From Candidatus Zixiibacteriota bacterium (GTDB lineage Bacteria > Zixibacteria > MSB-5A5 > CAIYYT01), in contig JBECKX010000053.1 in assembly GCA_040235515.1 (NCBI GenBank), positions 1 to 20,303 of the forward strand: a stretch of 20,303 nt of DNA, given 5' to 3'. The position numbers and the translations under genes were made by a program. The stretch's first letter is position 1, and the number at the start of each line of letters is the position of its first letter. Below the pieces are notes generated by a model, which saw only the letters and a list, made by a program, of their open reading frames with translations, ran no database searches and was not told the origin of the DNA. Shown one piece after another: positions 1 to 8,676 of this stretch.

Positions 1-109
1 CGGCAGAAATTCAGCGCAGCCTGCAATTCTACTGGCATTTCCTGCGTAATTGGCTTATAAGCATCCCCGGAAGAAATCACCGACTACGCCGACTGCGAGG
101 AGGAACTTG

Positions 110-1600
110 ATGCACGTAAGTTGCGAGACAATCACCGGCCGCCCAATCAAAGCAGACTTGATCGTGCTTGCGATCTACGCCGATGGCTTCAGTGACCCTG
201 TGGTCAGGCAGATTGATGCCGAGCTTGATGGCTACATTGGCGCACTGAAGAAGCGCGGGCATTTCGACGGGGCGCGACTTGCGCGGCATTCGTTTTATCC
301 GCATCCTTCACGGAGCTATTCCGAAGTGATGGTGGTCGGTGTTGGAAAACGTGCCGAAGCTGATACAGAGTTGTTTCGCAAGCTGGGGGGAATCGCCGGC
401 AAGAAAGCGACCGACCCCGCGATCAATGATGTGGCGATAGTTGTCTCTTCACCCGGAGGAGGGAAGCGCGATATCTCTCAACTGGCGAGAGCGGTGGTGG
501 AAGGGTTCAATCTGGGGAGTTATTTCCTCGATCGGTTTAAGGGAGAGGTGTCCAAACGCTCGCGTCCGCGCAAGCTAAGACTGGTGCTCCCCTCCGGTGC
601 GAATTTGACCCATGCCCGTGCGGCGGCTGACCAGGGTCTGGCTGTGTCTGAGATGCAGCGCAGAGCGCGCGATCTGTCGGCTTACCCTGCGGCGGTGATG
701 ACTCCAACTTATCTTGCAAATGAAGCGCGCCGCCTCGGTAAAGAGAACGGGTTTGAAGTGACCGTGATGGGGAAGTCTCAGATCGAGAAGCTCAAGATGG
801 GGGCGTTTCTGGCGGTCACACAAGGTTCAGTGGAACCGCCAAGACTGATCAAGATGAGCTACAAGCCGAAACGTAAGGCGACGAAGCAGGTGTGGCTGGT
901 GGGGAAGGGGGTCACGTTTGACACCGGTGGGCTCTCGCTCAAATCTGGCGAGGGGATGATCGAGATGAAGCAGGATATGACCGGAGCGGCGGTCACGATC
1001 GCGACTATGGGTGCGATCGCGCGGTTACGACCGAATATCGCCGTGACCGGCTTGGTGCCGAGTTGCGAGAATATGCCGGACGCCAAAGCCTTCAAACCGG
1101 GAGATATTGTCAAGACCTGCATCGGCAAGACGATTGAAGTGTTGAATACGGATGCGGAAGGGCGGTTGCTGCTGGCTGACGCGCTGGGGTATGCGTCACG
1201 GCACAAGCCCGACTATCTCGTGGATGTCGCCACGCTGACCGGCGCAACCAAGTACACCCTTGGTCACATAGCCGCGCCCTACATGACTACCTCGGACTTG
1301 CTGGCGTCGCGCTTCGAGGATGCCTCATCCGCCAGTGGCGAGAAGGTGTGGCGGTTGCCGTTGTGGGAGGAATATCGCAAGCAGATCGAGTCTGACCTTG
1401 CGGATATGAAGAACATTGGTGGGGCGCCTGCAGGTACGATTACCGCGGCGATGCTGCTGAAGGAGTTTACTGCCGGCCTGCCGTGGCTACACCTCGATAT
1501 TGCCGCAGTGGATATGCAGTACAGCGATTCAGAATATATCCCGAAGGGTGCGAGTGGATTCGGTGTCAGGGTGTTGACAGAGTTCCTCTGCAGCCTCTAG
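110..1600 (+). CDS. pepA: Leucyl aminopeptidase (peptidase M17)
   Basis: M17 metal-binding motifs VGKGVTFDTGGLSLK, MKQDMTGAA and NTDAEGRLLLAD, plus ATLTGA. Start moved to ATG 110 because the Shine-Dalgarno (SD) GAGGAGG lies at 97-103. Confidence 0.95.
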   Translation: MHVSCETITGRPIKADLIVLAIYADGFSDPVVRQIDAELDGYIGALKKRGHFDGARLARHSFYPHPSRSYSEVMVVGVGKRAEADTELFRKLGGIAGKKATDPAINDVAIVVSSPGGGKRDISQLARAVVEGFNLGSYFLDRFKGEVSKRSRPRKLRLVLPSGANLTHARAAADQGLAVSEMQRRARDLSAYPAAVMTPTYLANEARRLGKENGFEVTVMGKSQIEKLKMGAFLAVTQGSVEPPRLIKMSYKPKRKATKQVWLVGKGVTFDTGGLSLKSGEGMIEMKQDMTGAAVTIATMGAIARLRPNIAVTGLVPSCENMPDAKAFKPGDIVKTCIGKTIEVLNTDAEGRLLLADALGYASRHKPDYLVDVATLTGATKYTLGHIAAPYMTTSDLLASRFEDASSASGEKVWRLPLWEEYRKQIESDLADMKNIGGAPAGTITAAMLLKEFTAGLPWLHLDIAAVDMQYSDSEYIPKGASGFGVRVLTEFLCSL

Positions 1601-1636
1601 TCTACTCCCGGCTGCGAGCGCGAGCCCGAAGCGGGC

Positions 1637-1681
1637 AAAACAGAAACGGATCGACGGTTTCCCGCCGATCCGTTTGTTTTT
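1637..1681. terminator. Probable bidirectional rho-independent terminator between convergent pepA and the TolB-like gene
   Basis: Stem AAACGGATCG (1644-1653) / CGATCCGTTT (1666-1675), with an A-rich run upstream and GTTTTT downstream. Confidence 0.75.
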
Positions 1682-1771
1682 CTCATAAAGCGTGGTGTCA
1701 GCCTGAAAGTATGAATCGCTTTAGTATTAGCTTCAAAAGTATCAGCTTCAAATGCAGCTATAGCTGCTGTT

Positions 1772-2755
1772 CTAGTTACACCACACCGGATTGAAGTCAT
1801 TGCCGGGGCCGGAAAGTCTTACCGGCTCGCCACCGTTGATCGAAATCTTGTAGATAGCGCCATCCTGGGTAGAGAAGAGCAGCATCTTGGAATCTGGCGA
1901 CCACGACGGTGAGGTTGCGCTGATCGCCGTCGGAGCATTCGGTTTATAGACCAGTTGCTTCTCGCTCAGATCAGGCTTGGCGATGTAGAGCCCCGGATTT
2001 GCCATATCGTTGGAGACGTAGGCGATCCAGGTTCCGTCGGGTGACCACGCGGGTGCTGTGGCACCGCCGAATTTATGGGCGCGTTCTTCGAGCACCTGAT
2101 CCGGCACCGGGAACTCACTCACCTTGGCGATCGCGATTCCCGCCGGGGTCAACTGCTCGCCGCGCAGGCGCATCACCACAAATGCCAGCTGCTTCATATC
2201 GGGAGACATCGTGGGGGTGAATGCAACCATCTCCGAGTTGGGTTCGAAGTCGAGCGTCTTGATCGTGAACTTCTTCGTATCCCAGAACCCGATTCGATAC
2301 TTCGGAAAGGTCGAATTTACCAAGTTGGCGTTTTGATCGTAGACGAAGAGCACGCTGCTGCCATCCGCGACAAATTCCGGGGCGAGTGCACCCATCGTTT
2401 GCGTGATTCCTTCCCACCAGTTCTGGGATGAGTCGGCGTAGGCGAAAAAGAGATCGTAAATCATGTGGCTGCCGCCGCCGCCATCGGGGTACTTGAGCGA
2501 GAGGTTACCCTGACGCGCAAAGACCAGTTTGCTGTTATCCGGCGACCAGCTCATGCGTCCACGCGCATTGCCGATACCGGCGACCCAGGGCCGTTGGTTG
2601 GAGCCGTCGGCATCCATCAACCAGACATCGTTGTTGCGGAGAAAGGCGATTGTATTGCCTTTCTTGATATCCATAGCGGAAGTCGTGGAATAGAACGTCA
2701 CGACTGCCACCCCCGCCAGCAGTAATAGCATCACAAGGATTTTGGTGATCCTCAT
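1772..2755 (-). CDS. Exported TolB-like (PD40 repeat) beta-propeller protein
   Basis: Hydrophobic N-terminal signal/anchor. Repeated motifs MSWSPDNSKLVF, PTMSPDMKQLAF, PAWSPDGTWIAY and PSWSPDSKMLLF, ending in DFNPVW. SD GAGGA upstream. Confidence 0.8.
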   Translation of the reverse strand: MRITKILVMLLLLAGVAVVTFYSTTSAMDIKKGNTIAFLRNNDVWLMDADGSNQRPWVAGIGNARGRMSWSPDNSKLVFARQGNLSLKYPDGGGGSHMIYDLFFAYADSSQNWWEGITQTMGALAPEFVADGSSVLFVYDQNANLVNSTFPKYRIGFWDTKKFTIKTLDFEPNSEMVAFTPTMSPDMKQLAFVVMRLRGEQLTPAGIAIAKVSEFPVPDQVLEERAHKFGGATAPAWSPDGTWIAYVSNDMANPGLYIAKPDLSEKQLVYKPNAPTAISATSPSWSPDSKMLLFSTQDGAIYKISINGGEPVRLSGPGNDFNPVWCN

Positions 2756-2883
2756 ACTTCTCCTCGTATTTTCAGTTACTCGTTGATTTCTACAATTGCG
2801 TCAGTATTTTGCGACCGGAAGGCCGTTTCTCAACCACTCATGCTATTGTACCCAATAGCCACCGTTAGTTTCAGATTATCGGT

Positions 2884-2911
2884 AACTTATTGATTCTGTT
2901 TAAGATGTCAA
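2884..2911 (-). promoter_or_regulatory. Putative sigma70 promoter for the TolB-like gene, overlapped by an IHF-consensus site
   Basis: Minus strand TTGACA (2911-2906), 16 nt, TAAGTT (2889-2884). AATCAATAAGTTA (2895-2883) matches WATCAANNNNTTR. Confidence 0.45.
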
Positions 2912-2945
2912 TTGCAAAGGGAGGGTCGGCGGGGCTCCGGGCTAT

Positions 2946-3722
2946 CTATTTACCCAGCCGTTCCGGCAGCTCGGCAATCGATTCCAGGATGTCGTCCGGC
3001 TTGGTAGCGAGCTTTTTCAAGTCGCTCTTGCGGAACTTGCCGCTGTTGACGAGGACTCCACGGATTCCGATTCGCTGGGCGCCGCCGACATCGTTCTCGA
3101 TATCATCCCCAACCATCACGAGCTGCTGCGGCGGCAGTCCCAATTCCGCCAGTACCTGGTCGAAGTAAGATTGAGATGGCTTGCCGATGAGAGTCGATTG
3201 TTTGCCGGTAACATACTCCAGCCCGACGATAAACGCGCCGATGTCGAGTTTGAGCGTATCCTCCGATTTCCAGTATTTCCCCTTGTGCATCGCGACCAGC
3301 TTGGTATCACCCATCAGCGAGTTGAAGAGCTGAGACATCAATTCGTAGTTCCACGCATTCCCGATATCGCCGATGACAATCACCTCGGGGTTTTTCTCAT
3401 CCTGCTCGAATTCGGAGAATTCGCGCTTCGTGTCCTCACGCATCAACAGCCGGCAGCGCCGGTAGCCATTCTTACGCAGGTAGCGGGCAGCCGCAACCGG
3501 CGCCGTAAAGAAATCGGAGGCTTCGACATCGAAGCCGTGCTGGTTCAGCTGTGCGGTGAGAGTAACATTTGATTTGGTCGTGGTATTGGTACAGATGCGA
3601 AACGGTATCCCCTCCCGGCGCAGATATGCAATCGCCTCGGGCGCGCCCTCCAGCGGCTCTCCGTCGATGGTGAGTACGCCATCGAGGTCAATCAATACGC
3701 CGTGTATTTCTTTCCATTCCAT
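2946..3722 (-). CDS. HAD-superfamily subfamily IIA hydrolase (LHPP/HDHD2-like phosphatase)
   Basis: Motif I DLDGVL, motif II CTN, motif III IGKP, motif IV VGDDIENDVGGAQ. 258 aa. Confidence 0.9.
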   Translation of the reverse strand: MEWKEIHGVLIDLDGVLTIDGEPLEGAPEAIAYLRREGIPFRICTNTTTKSNVTLTAQLNQHGFDVEASDFFTAPVAAARYLRKNGYRRCRLLMREDTKREFSEFEQDEKNPEVIVIGDIGNAWNYELMSQLFNSLMGDTKLVAMHKGKYWKSEDTLKLDIGAFIVGLEYVTGKQSTLIGKPSQSYFDQVLAELGLPPQQLVMVGDDIENDVGGAQRIGIRGVLVNSGKFRKSDLKKLATKPDDILESIAELPERLGK

Positions 3723-3960
3723 CTGCTCTGACCCCTGATTTCACTCGCCGGTTGAACGGCGACGGTCGCTCATGCACTGGTCCTTAAATCTGTTGGTTTT
3801 ACCTTCAGAATTACTTAAATACAGCCGTTATGCACAACAAGGAAGTGTGCCGAGAAATGCTCGGCTGTTTCCGCCGATTCGTTGTGCCCCGTTTTCTGAG
3901 TAGTTAGCCAACTACGAATATTATCGGGCATCTTTGGAATAAACTCAAGGCAAAGAGACG

Positions 3961-4959
3961 ATGTTGAATTTTCACACCATTCGCTGGATTGACGGGGCCG
4001 TTGAAATCCTTGATCAGACGAGACTGCCCGAACGGGAGGTCTACCTCAAGCTGACCGACTACCGTGAAGTGGTCGAAGCGATCAAATCGTTGCGGGTCAG
4101 GGGAGCGCCGCTGATCGGAATCGCCGCTGCTTATGCGGTTGTGCTGGCTGCACGTTCGTGCCGCAACAAGGTCGAGTTCGCCATTGCGATCAATGAGATC
4201 AAATCCGCGCGTCCGACAGCCGTAAACCTGAGCTGGGCGGTCGAGCGGATGCTGATCAACTACCACGCCTACGCACATCGCCCCGACTTGACGGAGCAGA
4301 TGCTCGCAATCGCCAGACAAATCCATAGTGAAGATGAACGGATGTGCGAACAGATCGGTGTCAACGGCATGGGGCTGATGCCGACCACCGGTTCGGTGCT
4401 GACTCATTGCAACGCGGGTGCTCTGGCCACAGGAGGAAGCGGAACGGCCCTCAGTGTGATCTACCACGCGCAAAGCTCGGGCAAACGTCTGCGGGTCTTT
4501 GCGTGCGAGACGCGGCCCGTGCTGCAGGGCGCACGACTGAGCGCGTGGGAACTGGCGCGCGAAGGAGTGGATGTCACTGTGATCACCGACAATATGGCGG
4601 GTTACCTGATGTCGCTGGGCATGATCGACTGCGTGATTGTCGGCGCTGACCGAATCGCAATCAACTACGATGTCGCGAACAAGATCGGGACCTATACTCA
4701 CGCCGTGCTGGCCAAGGAGCACAACATTCCATTCTTCGTTGCGGCGCCAACGAGCACATTCGATAATCGAGTGGCTTCGGGGGTGGATATCGAGATCGAA
4801 CAGCGCGACGCTTCCGAGGTCGCGCGCTGCGGCACCAAGCAACTGGTTCCCGACTCTGTGAGGATTCTCAATCCCGCCTTCGATATCACGCCGAGGGAGT
4901 TGATTACCGCGATTATTACTGATCAGCAATTGATCAAGTGCGGACGCTGGACCGATTGA
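3961..4959 (+). CDS. mtnA: S-methyl-5-thioribose-1-phosphate isomerase
   Basis: LDQTRLP, VRGAPLIG, RPTAVNL, LTHCNAGALAT, ETRPVLQGARL, VGADRIA, ANKIGTY and NPAFDITP motifs. Confidence 0.95.
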   Translation: MLNFHTIRWIDGAVEILDQTRLPEREVYLKLTDYREVVEAIKSLRVRGAPLIGIAAAYAVVLAARSCRNKVEFAIAINEIKSARPTAVNLSWAVERMLINYHAYAHRPDLTEQMLAIARQIHSEDERMCEQIGVNGMGLMPTTGSVLTHCNAGALATGGSGTALSVIYHAQSSGKRLRVFACETRPVLQGARLSAWELAREGVDVTVITDNMAGYLMSLGMIDCVIVGADRIAINYDVANKIGTYTHAVLAKEHNIPFFVAAPTSTFDNRVASGVDIEIEQRDASEVARCGTKQLVPDSVRILNPAFDITPRELITAIITDQQLIKCGRWTD

Positions 4960-4997
4960 GGTTCGTTGAGCGGCCGGGGTACAAAAGGAAGGCGCGA

Positions 4998-6890
4998 CTA
5001 GCTTGTCTCAGATTCTTCCGTTTTGAGCTCAGGAGTTGAGCGGAGGTTCGCCTCCTCGATCTGGTTATCGAAGAAATCCCGCACGGCTTTCGCGGTGGCA
5101 CTGTGGCGCACGATCTGATTGATCTCTTCCAGCGAGGCGGAACTGATAGCTTCTATCGACGGGAAAGCCTTCAGCAGGAGTTCCTTTCGCTTCGCCCCGA
5201 CCCCCGGGATTGAGTCGAGCAGCGACTTCGCCGTCTTCTTGTCACGCAGCTTTCTATGATAGGTGATCGCAAATCGATGCGCCTCGTTGCGAACCTGCTG
5301 CAGCAGTTTCAGCGAAGCTGATGTCTTTGGCAGGGTCAACATATGTTTCTCCTGCGGCAGGACCACCTCCTCCAGCCGCTTGGCCAGTCCACAAATCTGC
5401 TGATCTTCGACCCCCAACTCATCCAATGCAGCGAGCGCCGCATTGAGCTGTCCGCGCCCGCCATCGATCAGGCACAAGTCCGGCGAGTCGGCCTCCTCAG
5501 CCAGAACGCGGGTGAAGTAGCGGGAAACGATTTCGCGCATCATGGCGAAGTCGTCCTGTCCTCCTACGGTCTTGATCCTGAAATGCCGGTAGTTGGCCTT
5601 GAGCGGTTTGCCATTGCGGAAGTACACCATCGAGCCGACCGGGTTGGTCTCGCCGAGGTTGGAGATATCGAATGCGCAGATGTCGACCGGCGGTTTGCGC
5701 AGGTAGAGATCCTTTTGCAGTGCTGCGATGGCATGCGGGAGCTTGGAAGAGCGTTCCTGCTTCTGGCGCACCAATTCGCCCAGCAGCAGCCGGGCGTTCG
5801 ACTCCGCCATCTCGACGATGCGTGCCTTCTCACCGATCTGCGGGAACTTCAGGTCCACGCGGCCGCCCCGTTTCTCGGTCAGCCAGGAGCGAATGACCGC
5901 CTCATCCTCCGGTTTGTACGAGCTGTAGATTTCCTCAGGAATCTGCGAAGCGCTCACATAATATTGCTTGAAGAACTGTTCGGCGATTTCGGTTTCACCG
6001 TCTCCTTTCCCGGTCCGCAGGTGGTAATTCTGTCGACCGATCAACAGACCTTCCCGCAATTGCAGCACGACCGCCGAGCAGTCATCGTCCGAGCGGGCAA
6101 AAGCGATGATGTCGCGATTGCCGCCCTCCACGTCGGAGACTTTCTGTTTCTGCATTACAGACTTAATTGCGGCAATCTGGTCGCGCACGCGGGCGGCCTC
6201 TTCGTAGTCCTGGCGTTCGGAGAGCTGTATCATTTCAGACTGCAACTGCTCGATCAGGCTGGCGGTCTTTCCCTGCAGCAGTTTGAGCACCTTCTGTACT
6301 TCCAGGTCATATTGCGCTTTACTCACAAGGGCTTCACAGGGGCCATCACAGCGCTTGATATGATATTGCAGACATACCTTGTACTTGCCACCACCCTTCG
6401 GATGAGGGATCTTCAGTTTGCAGTCGCGCAGTTTGAAGAGTCGCGAGATCATGCGATACATCTCGCGCATCGCTCCGGCGTTGGCGAATGGTCCGAAGTA
6501 GATGCCGTCGGGGCGGTCGTTACGACGGGTGACGATCAATCGGGGAAAATCGTCATCCTGCGTCAGCTTGAGATAGGGAAACCGCTTATCATCCTTGAGA
6601 TTCACGTTGTAGCGCGGCCGATGCTTCTTTACCAGGTTGGCTTCAAGTATCAGCGCCTCGATCTCATTGTCGGTTACCATCAACTCGAAGTCAGCAATCT
6701 TGCGTTTGAGCGCGGCGGCTTTTGGATTTGACTCATCAACGCTGCTGAAGTAGGTCCGTACCCGGTTACGCAGGCTCTTGGCCTTACCGATATAGATGAT
6801 CTTCCCCCGGGTATCCTTCATCAGGTAGACGCCGGGTTTGCCGGGCAGATCCTCCAGCTTCTGTTTTAACTCGGGGCTGATATTGCTCAT
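4998..6890 (-). CDS. uvrC: Excinuclease ABC subunit C
   Basis: GIY-YIG N-terminus (PGVYLMK..IIYIGKAKSLRNRV), Cys cluster, UVR motif (YEEAARVRDQI), RNase H-like FDISN / DDFAMM / LIDGGRGQL, RNEAHRFA, and HhH (IPGVGAKR). Confidence 0.98.
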   Translation of the reverse strand: MSNISPELKQKLEDLPGKPGVYLMKDTRGKIIYIGKAKSLRNRVRTYFSSVDESNPKAAALKRKIADFELMVTDNEIEALILEANLVKKHRPRYNVNLKDDKRFPYLKLTQDDDFPRLIVTRRNDRPDGIYFGPFANAGAMREMYRMISRLFKLRDCKLKIPHPKGGGKYKVCLQYHIKRCDGPCEALVSKAQYDLEVQKVLKLLQGKTASLIEQLQSEMIQLSERQDYEEAARVRDQIAAIKSVMQKQKVSDVEGGNRDIIAFARSDDDCSAVVLQLREGLLIGRQNYHLRTGKGDGETEIAEQFFKQYYVSASQIPEEIYSSYKPEDEAVIRSWLTEKRGGRVDLKFPQIGEKARIVEMAESNARLLLGELVRQKQERSSKLPHAIAALQKDLYLRKPPVDICAFDISNLGETNPVGSMVYFRNGKPLKANYRHFRIKTVGGQDDFAMMREIVSRYFTRVLAEEADSPDLCLIDGGRGQLNAALAALDELGVEDQQICGLAKRLEEVVLPQEKHMLTLPKTSASLKLLQQVRNEAHRFAITYHRKLRDKKTAKSLLDSIPGVGAKRKELLLKAFPSIEAISSASLEEINQIVRHSATAKAVRDFFDNQIEEANLRSTPELKTEESETS

Positions 6891-6897
6891 TACAGAG

Positions 6898-6927
6898 AAA
6901 TTACGTTCAACTTGGCGCCGCTGTCAA
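6898..6927 (-). promoter_or_regulatory. Putative sigma70 promoter of uvrC (leaderless geometry)
   Basis: TTGACA (6927-6922), 18 nt, TAATTT (6903-6898), then 7 nt to the ATG at 6890. No SD visible. Confidence 0.5.
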
Positions 6928-6976
6928 TGTTGTGTCGATGTTAAGCAGGGTGGTATGAAGAAAAGGTGCCAACAGT

Positions 6977-7603
6977 TTACTTGACCCGCCGCGCCCCGGC
7001 GTAGGATGTGGCATAATACTCGTCGGTCAGGTCGTCCACCACCACGCCGCGCGACTCGGACGCATGCACAAACTTGTAGTTTTCGAGGTACATTCCGACA
7101 TGGGAGACCTGCCTGCCGGAGAGTCGGAAGAAAATCAGATCGCCGTAGGAAAGGTCATCGAATTCCACACGGTCATTGAGGCGGTAGAGTGCCTCGGTAG
7201 AGAGCGGAAGACGGGTGCCATCATAGTCGCGGTAGATCACATACATCAATCCTGAGCAATCGATCCCGGCGCGACTGGTTCCGCCGCGGCTGTAGGGTGA
7301 TCCGAGGAAATTGGCGATGACACGATTCATGCGCGCGCGGTCGATTTCACCGGTGTAATCGTGCGACGTTGCGGAGTTCTTCTCAGAGTTCTTTTGAGAC
7401 GTTGAAGCTGCCTCAGACTTGTCGGCAGTCTTTCGCGCTGACTTGTCAGAGTCCCTGGCTGGATGCCTGCCGGGCGGGGGATTATTTTTCGATTTCTCTT
7501 TCGCGCGCTGTTGCTGCTGACCCGGATGATCGCTGTAGCGCACCGCCGCCGTGCAAGAGAGCAGCAGGGAGAGCGTTACAACGATGATGCCGGCGAACTT
7601 CAT
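6977..7603 (-). CDS. NlpC/P60 (C40) peptidoglycan endopeptidase lipoprotein
   Basis: True start is MKFAGIIVVTLSLLLSC (lipobox Cys) at 7603, with an ATGA overlap with the upstream stop and SD GGGAGG. Low-complexity linker, then LGSPYSRGG, GIDCSG, GDLIFF, SHVGMY and FVHAS catalytic motifs. Confidence 0.9.
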   Translation of the reverse strand: MKFAGIIVVTLSLLLSCTAAVRYSDHPGQQQQRAKEKSKNNPPPGRHPARDSDKSARKTADKSEAASTSQKNSEKNSATSHDYTGEIDRARMNRVIANFLGSPYSRGGTSRAGIDCSGLMYVIYRDYDGTRLPLSTEALYRLNDRVEFDDLSYGDLIFFRLSGRQVSHVGMYLENYKFVHASESRGVVVDDLTDEYYATSYAGARRVK

Positions 7604-8568
7604 TGTTTGCTGCCTCCCGAGAGGGCAGGGTAGGTCATTCCGAATCGCTTCGAATAGTAGACCCGCGTCACCAACAGGGTGACCAGAAGCAGGATCAGAT
7701 AGAGCGGGAAAAACAATGCTGCGAAGACCGAGAGAGACAAGATTGCGATCTTGCTCGCGAGAACCGCTATCTCCACCGACTTGCGCATCGCCGCGACGAT
7801 ATAGATCGGAGCAGTTATGCCGGCGGTGATGGCAAAGCTGTAGTCTGCCGCCATGATTGAAAGGATCAGGGCGAGAACCACCATCCACGCTGCATTCCCG
7901 ATGGTTCGCGGAATCCCCCACTCGACGGCATACGTAATCTTACCGACTCTGGCATCGCCTTCGATATCTGGAAGGGTTGTGGTCAGATAGACCGCCCCGA
8001 CCGCAAAGACGTATGGGAGCGACTTGAGGACTCCCTCTAAGTCGAATGTGTGGCAGACGACCCAGCCGAATAAGAACGCCAGCATGCCGTGGCCGAGAAG
8101 ATTATTGCGAAACGCCTTGTAGGCGTTCTCGCGTACCTTGAAGCGTGGATATGAATACTGAAAACCGATCAGTGCACCAATAACGAAGAGCACACCGAGC
8201 TGCCAGTTGACGACAAATGCGCCGACAATCGAGATCAGCGTCATCGTCCAGTAGAGCTTGGTTGCCTCGGATTGCGAGATATGTCCCTCTGCGAGCAGAA
8301 ACAGTTTTCCGTTCGCCTTGTCGGTGTCGATGTCATGAATCTGGTTGAGGATAAAGATGCCGCCTGCCAGCAGGGTTCCGAATAGAAGTGTCAGCAGCAG
8401 GTTCAAATCCAGCGGCGTGAACGACGCAAAGGGGAAATGGTCCAGCTGAAAGATCCCGGTGCCGCGATCACGCCAGAGAGCGGCGCGCGCACCTAGCAGG
8501 GAGATGGTCCAAACCGGAATGATCAGCATCGGTCGCATGAGAAAGATGTAATCGAGTAGCTTTTTCAT
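7600..8568 (-). CDS. UbiA-family membrane prenyltransferase (substrate unknown)
   Basis: Multiple TM segments, N-terminal LMRP, Asp-rich motifs NQIHDIDTDKAN and LPDIEGDARVGKIT, and YSYPRFK motif. Confidence 0.85.
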   Translation of the reverse strand: MKKLLDYIFLMRPMLIIPVWTISLLGARAALWRDRGTGIFQLDHFPFASFTPLDLNLLLTLLFGTLLAGGIFILNQIHDIDTDKANGKLFLLAEGHISQSEATKLYWTMTLISIVGAFVVNWQLGVLFVIGALIGFQYSYPRFKVRENAYKAFRNNLLGHGMLAFLFGWVVCHTFDLEGVLKSLPYVFAVGAVYLTTTLPDIEGDARVGKITYAVEWGIPRTIGNAAWMVVLALILSIMAADYSFAITAGITAPIYIVAAMRKSVEIAVLASKIAILSLSVFAALFFPLYLILLLVTLLVTRVYYSKRFGMTYPALSGGSKQ

Positions 8569-8603
8569 AGTTTATCGATTCCTGAGCTGAGGTTCACTTA
8601 AGT

Positions 8604-8632
8604 AGTATGAACGGCGCCTACCGGGGTTTCAA
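8604..8632 (-). promoter_or_regulatory. Putative sigma70 promoter for the UbiA-NlpC/P60 unit
   Basis: TTGAAA (8632-8627), 17 nt, CATACT (8609-8604), about 35 nt upstream of the ATG. Confidence 0.4.
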
Positions 8633-8676
8633 CAAAAATATGGGGATTTTGCGCCAAACGAGTCGGCGCCGGTCTG

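Noticed and set aside
3904..4929. 341-aa minus-strand ORF
   Set aside because: Antisense to mtnA; no motifs.
5343..6731. 462-aa plus-strand ORF
   Set aside because: Antisense to uvrC; typical shadow ORF in GC-rich coding DNA.
7604..7921. N-terminal extension of the NlpC/P60 ORF in the ORF track
   Set aside because: Lies inside the UbiA gene; lipoprotein signal, SD and ATGA overlap place the start at 7603.
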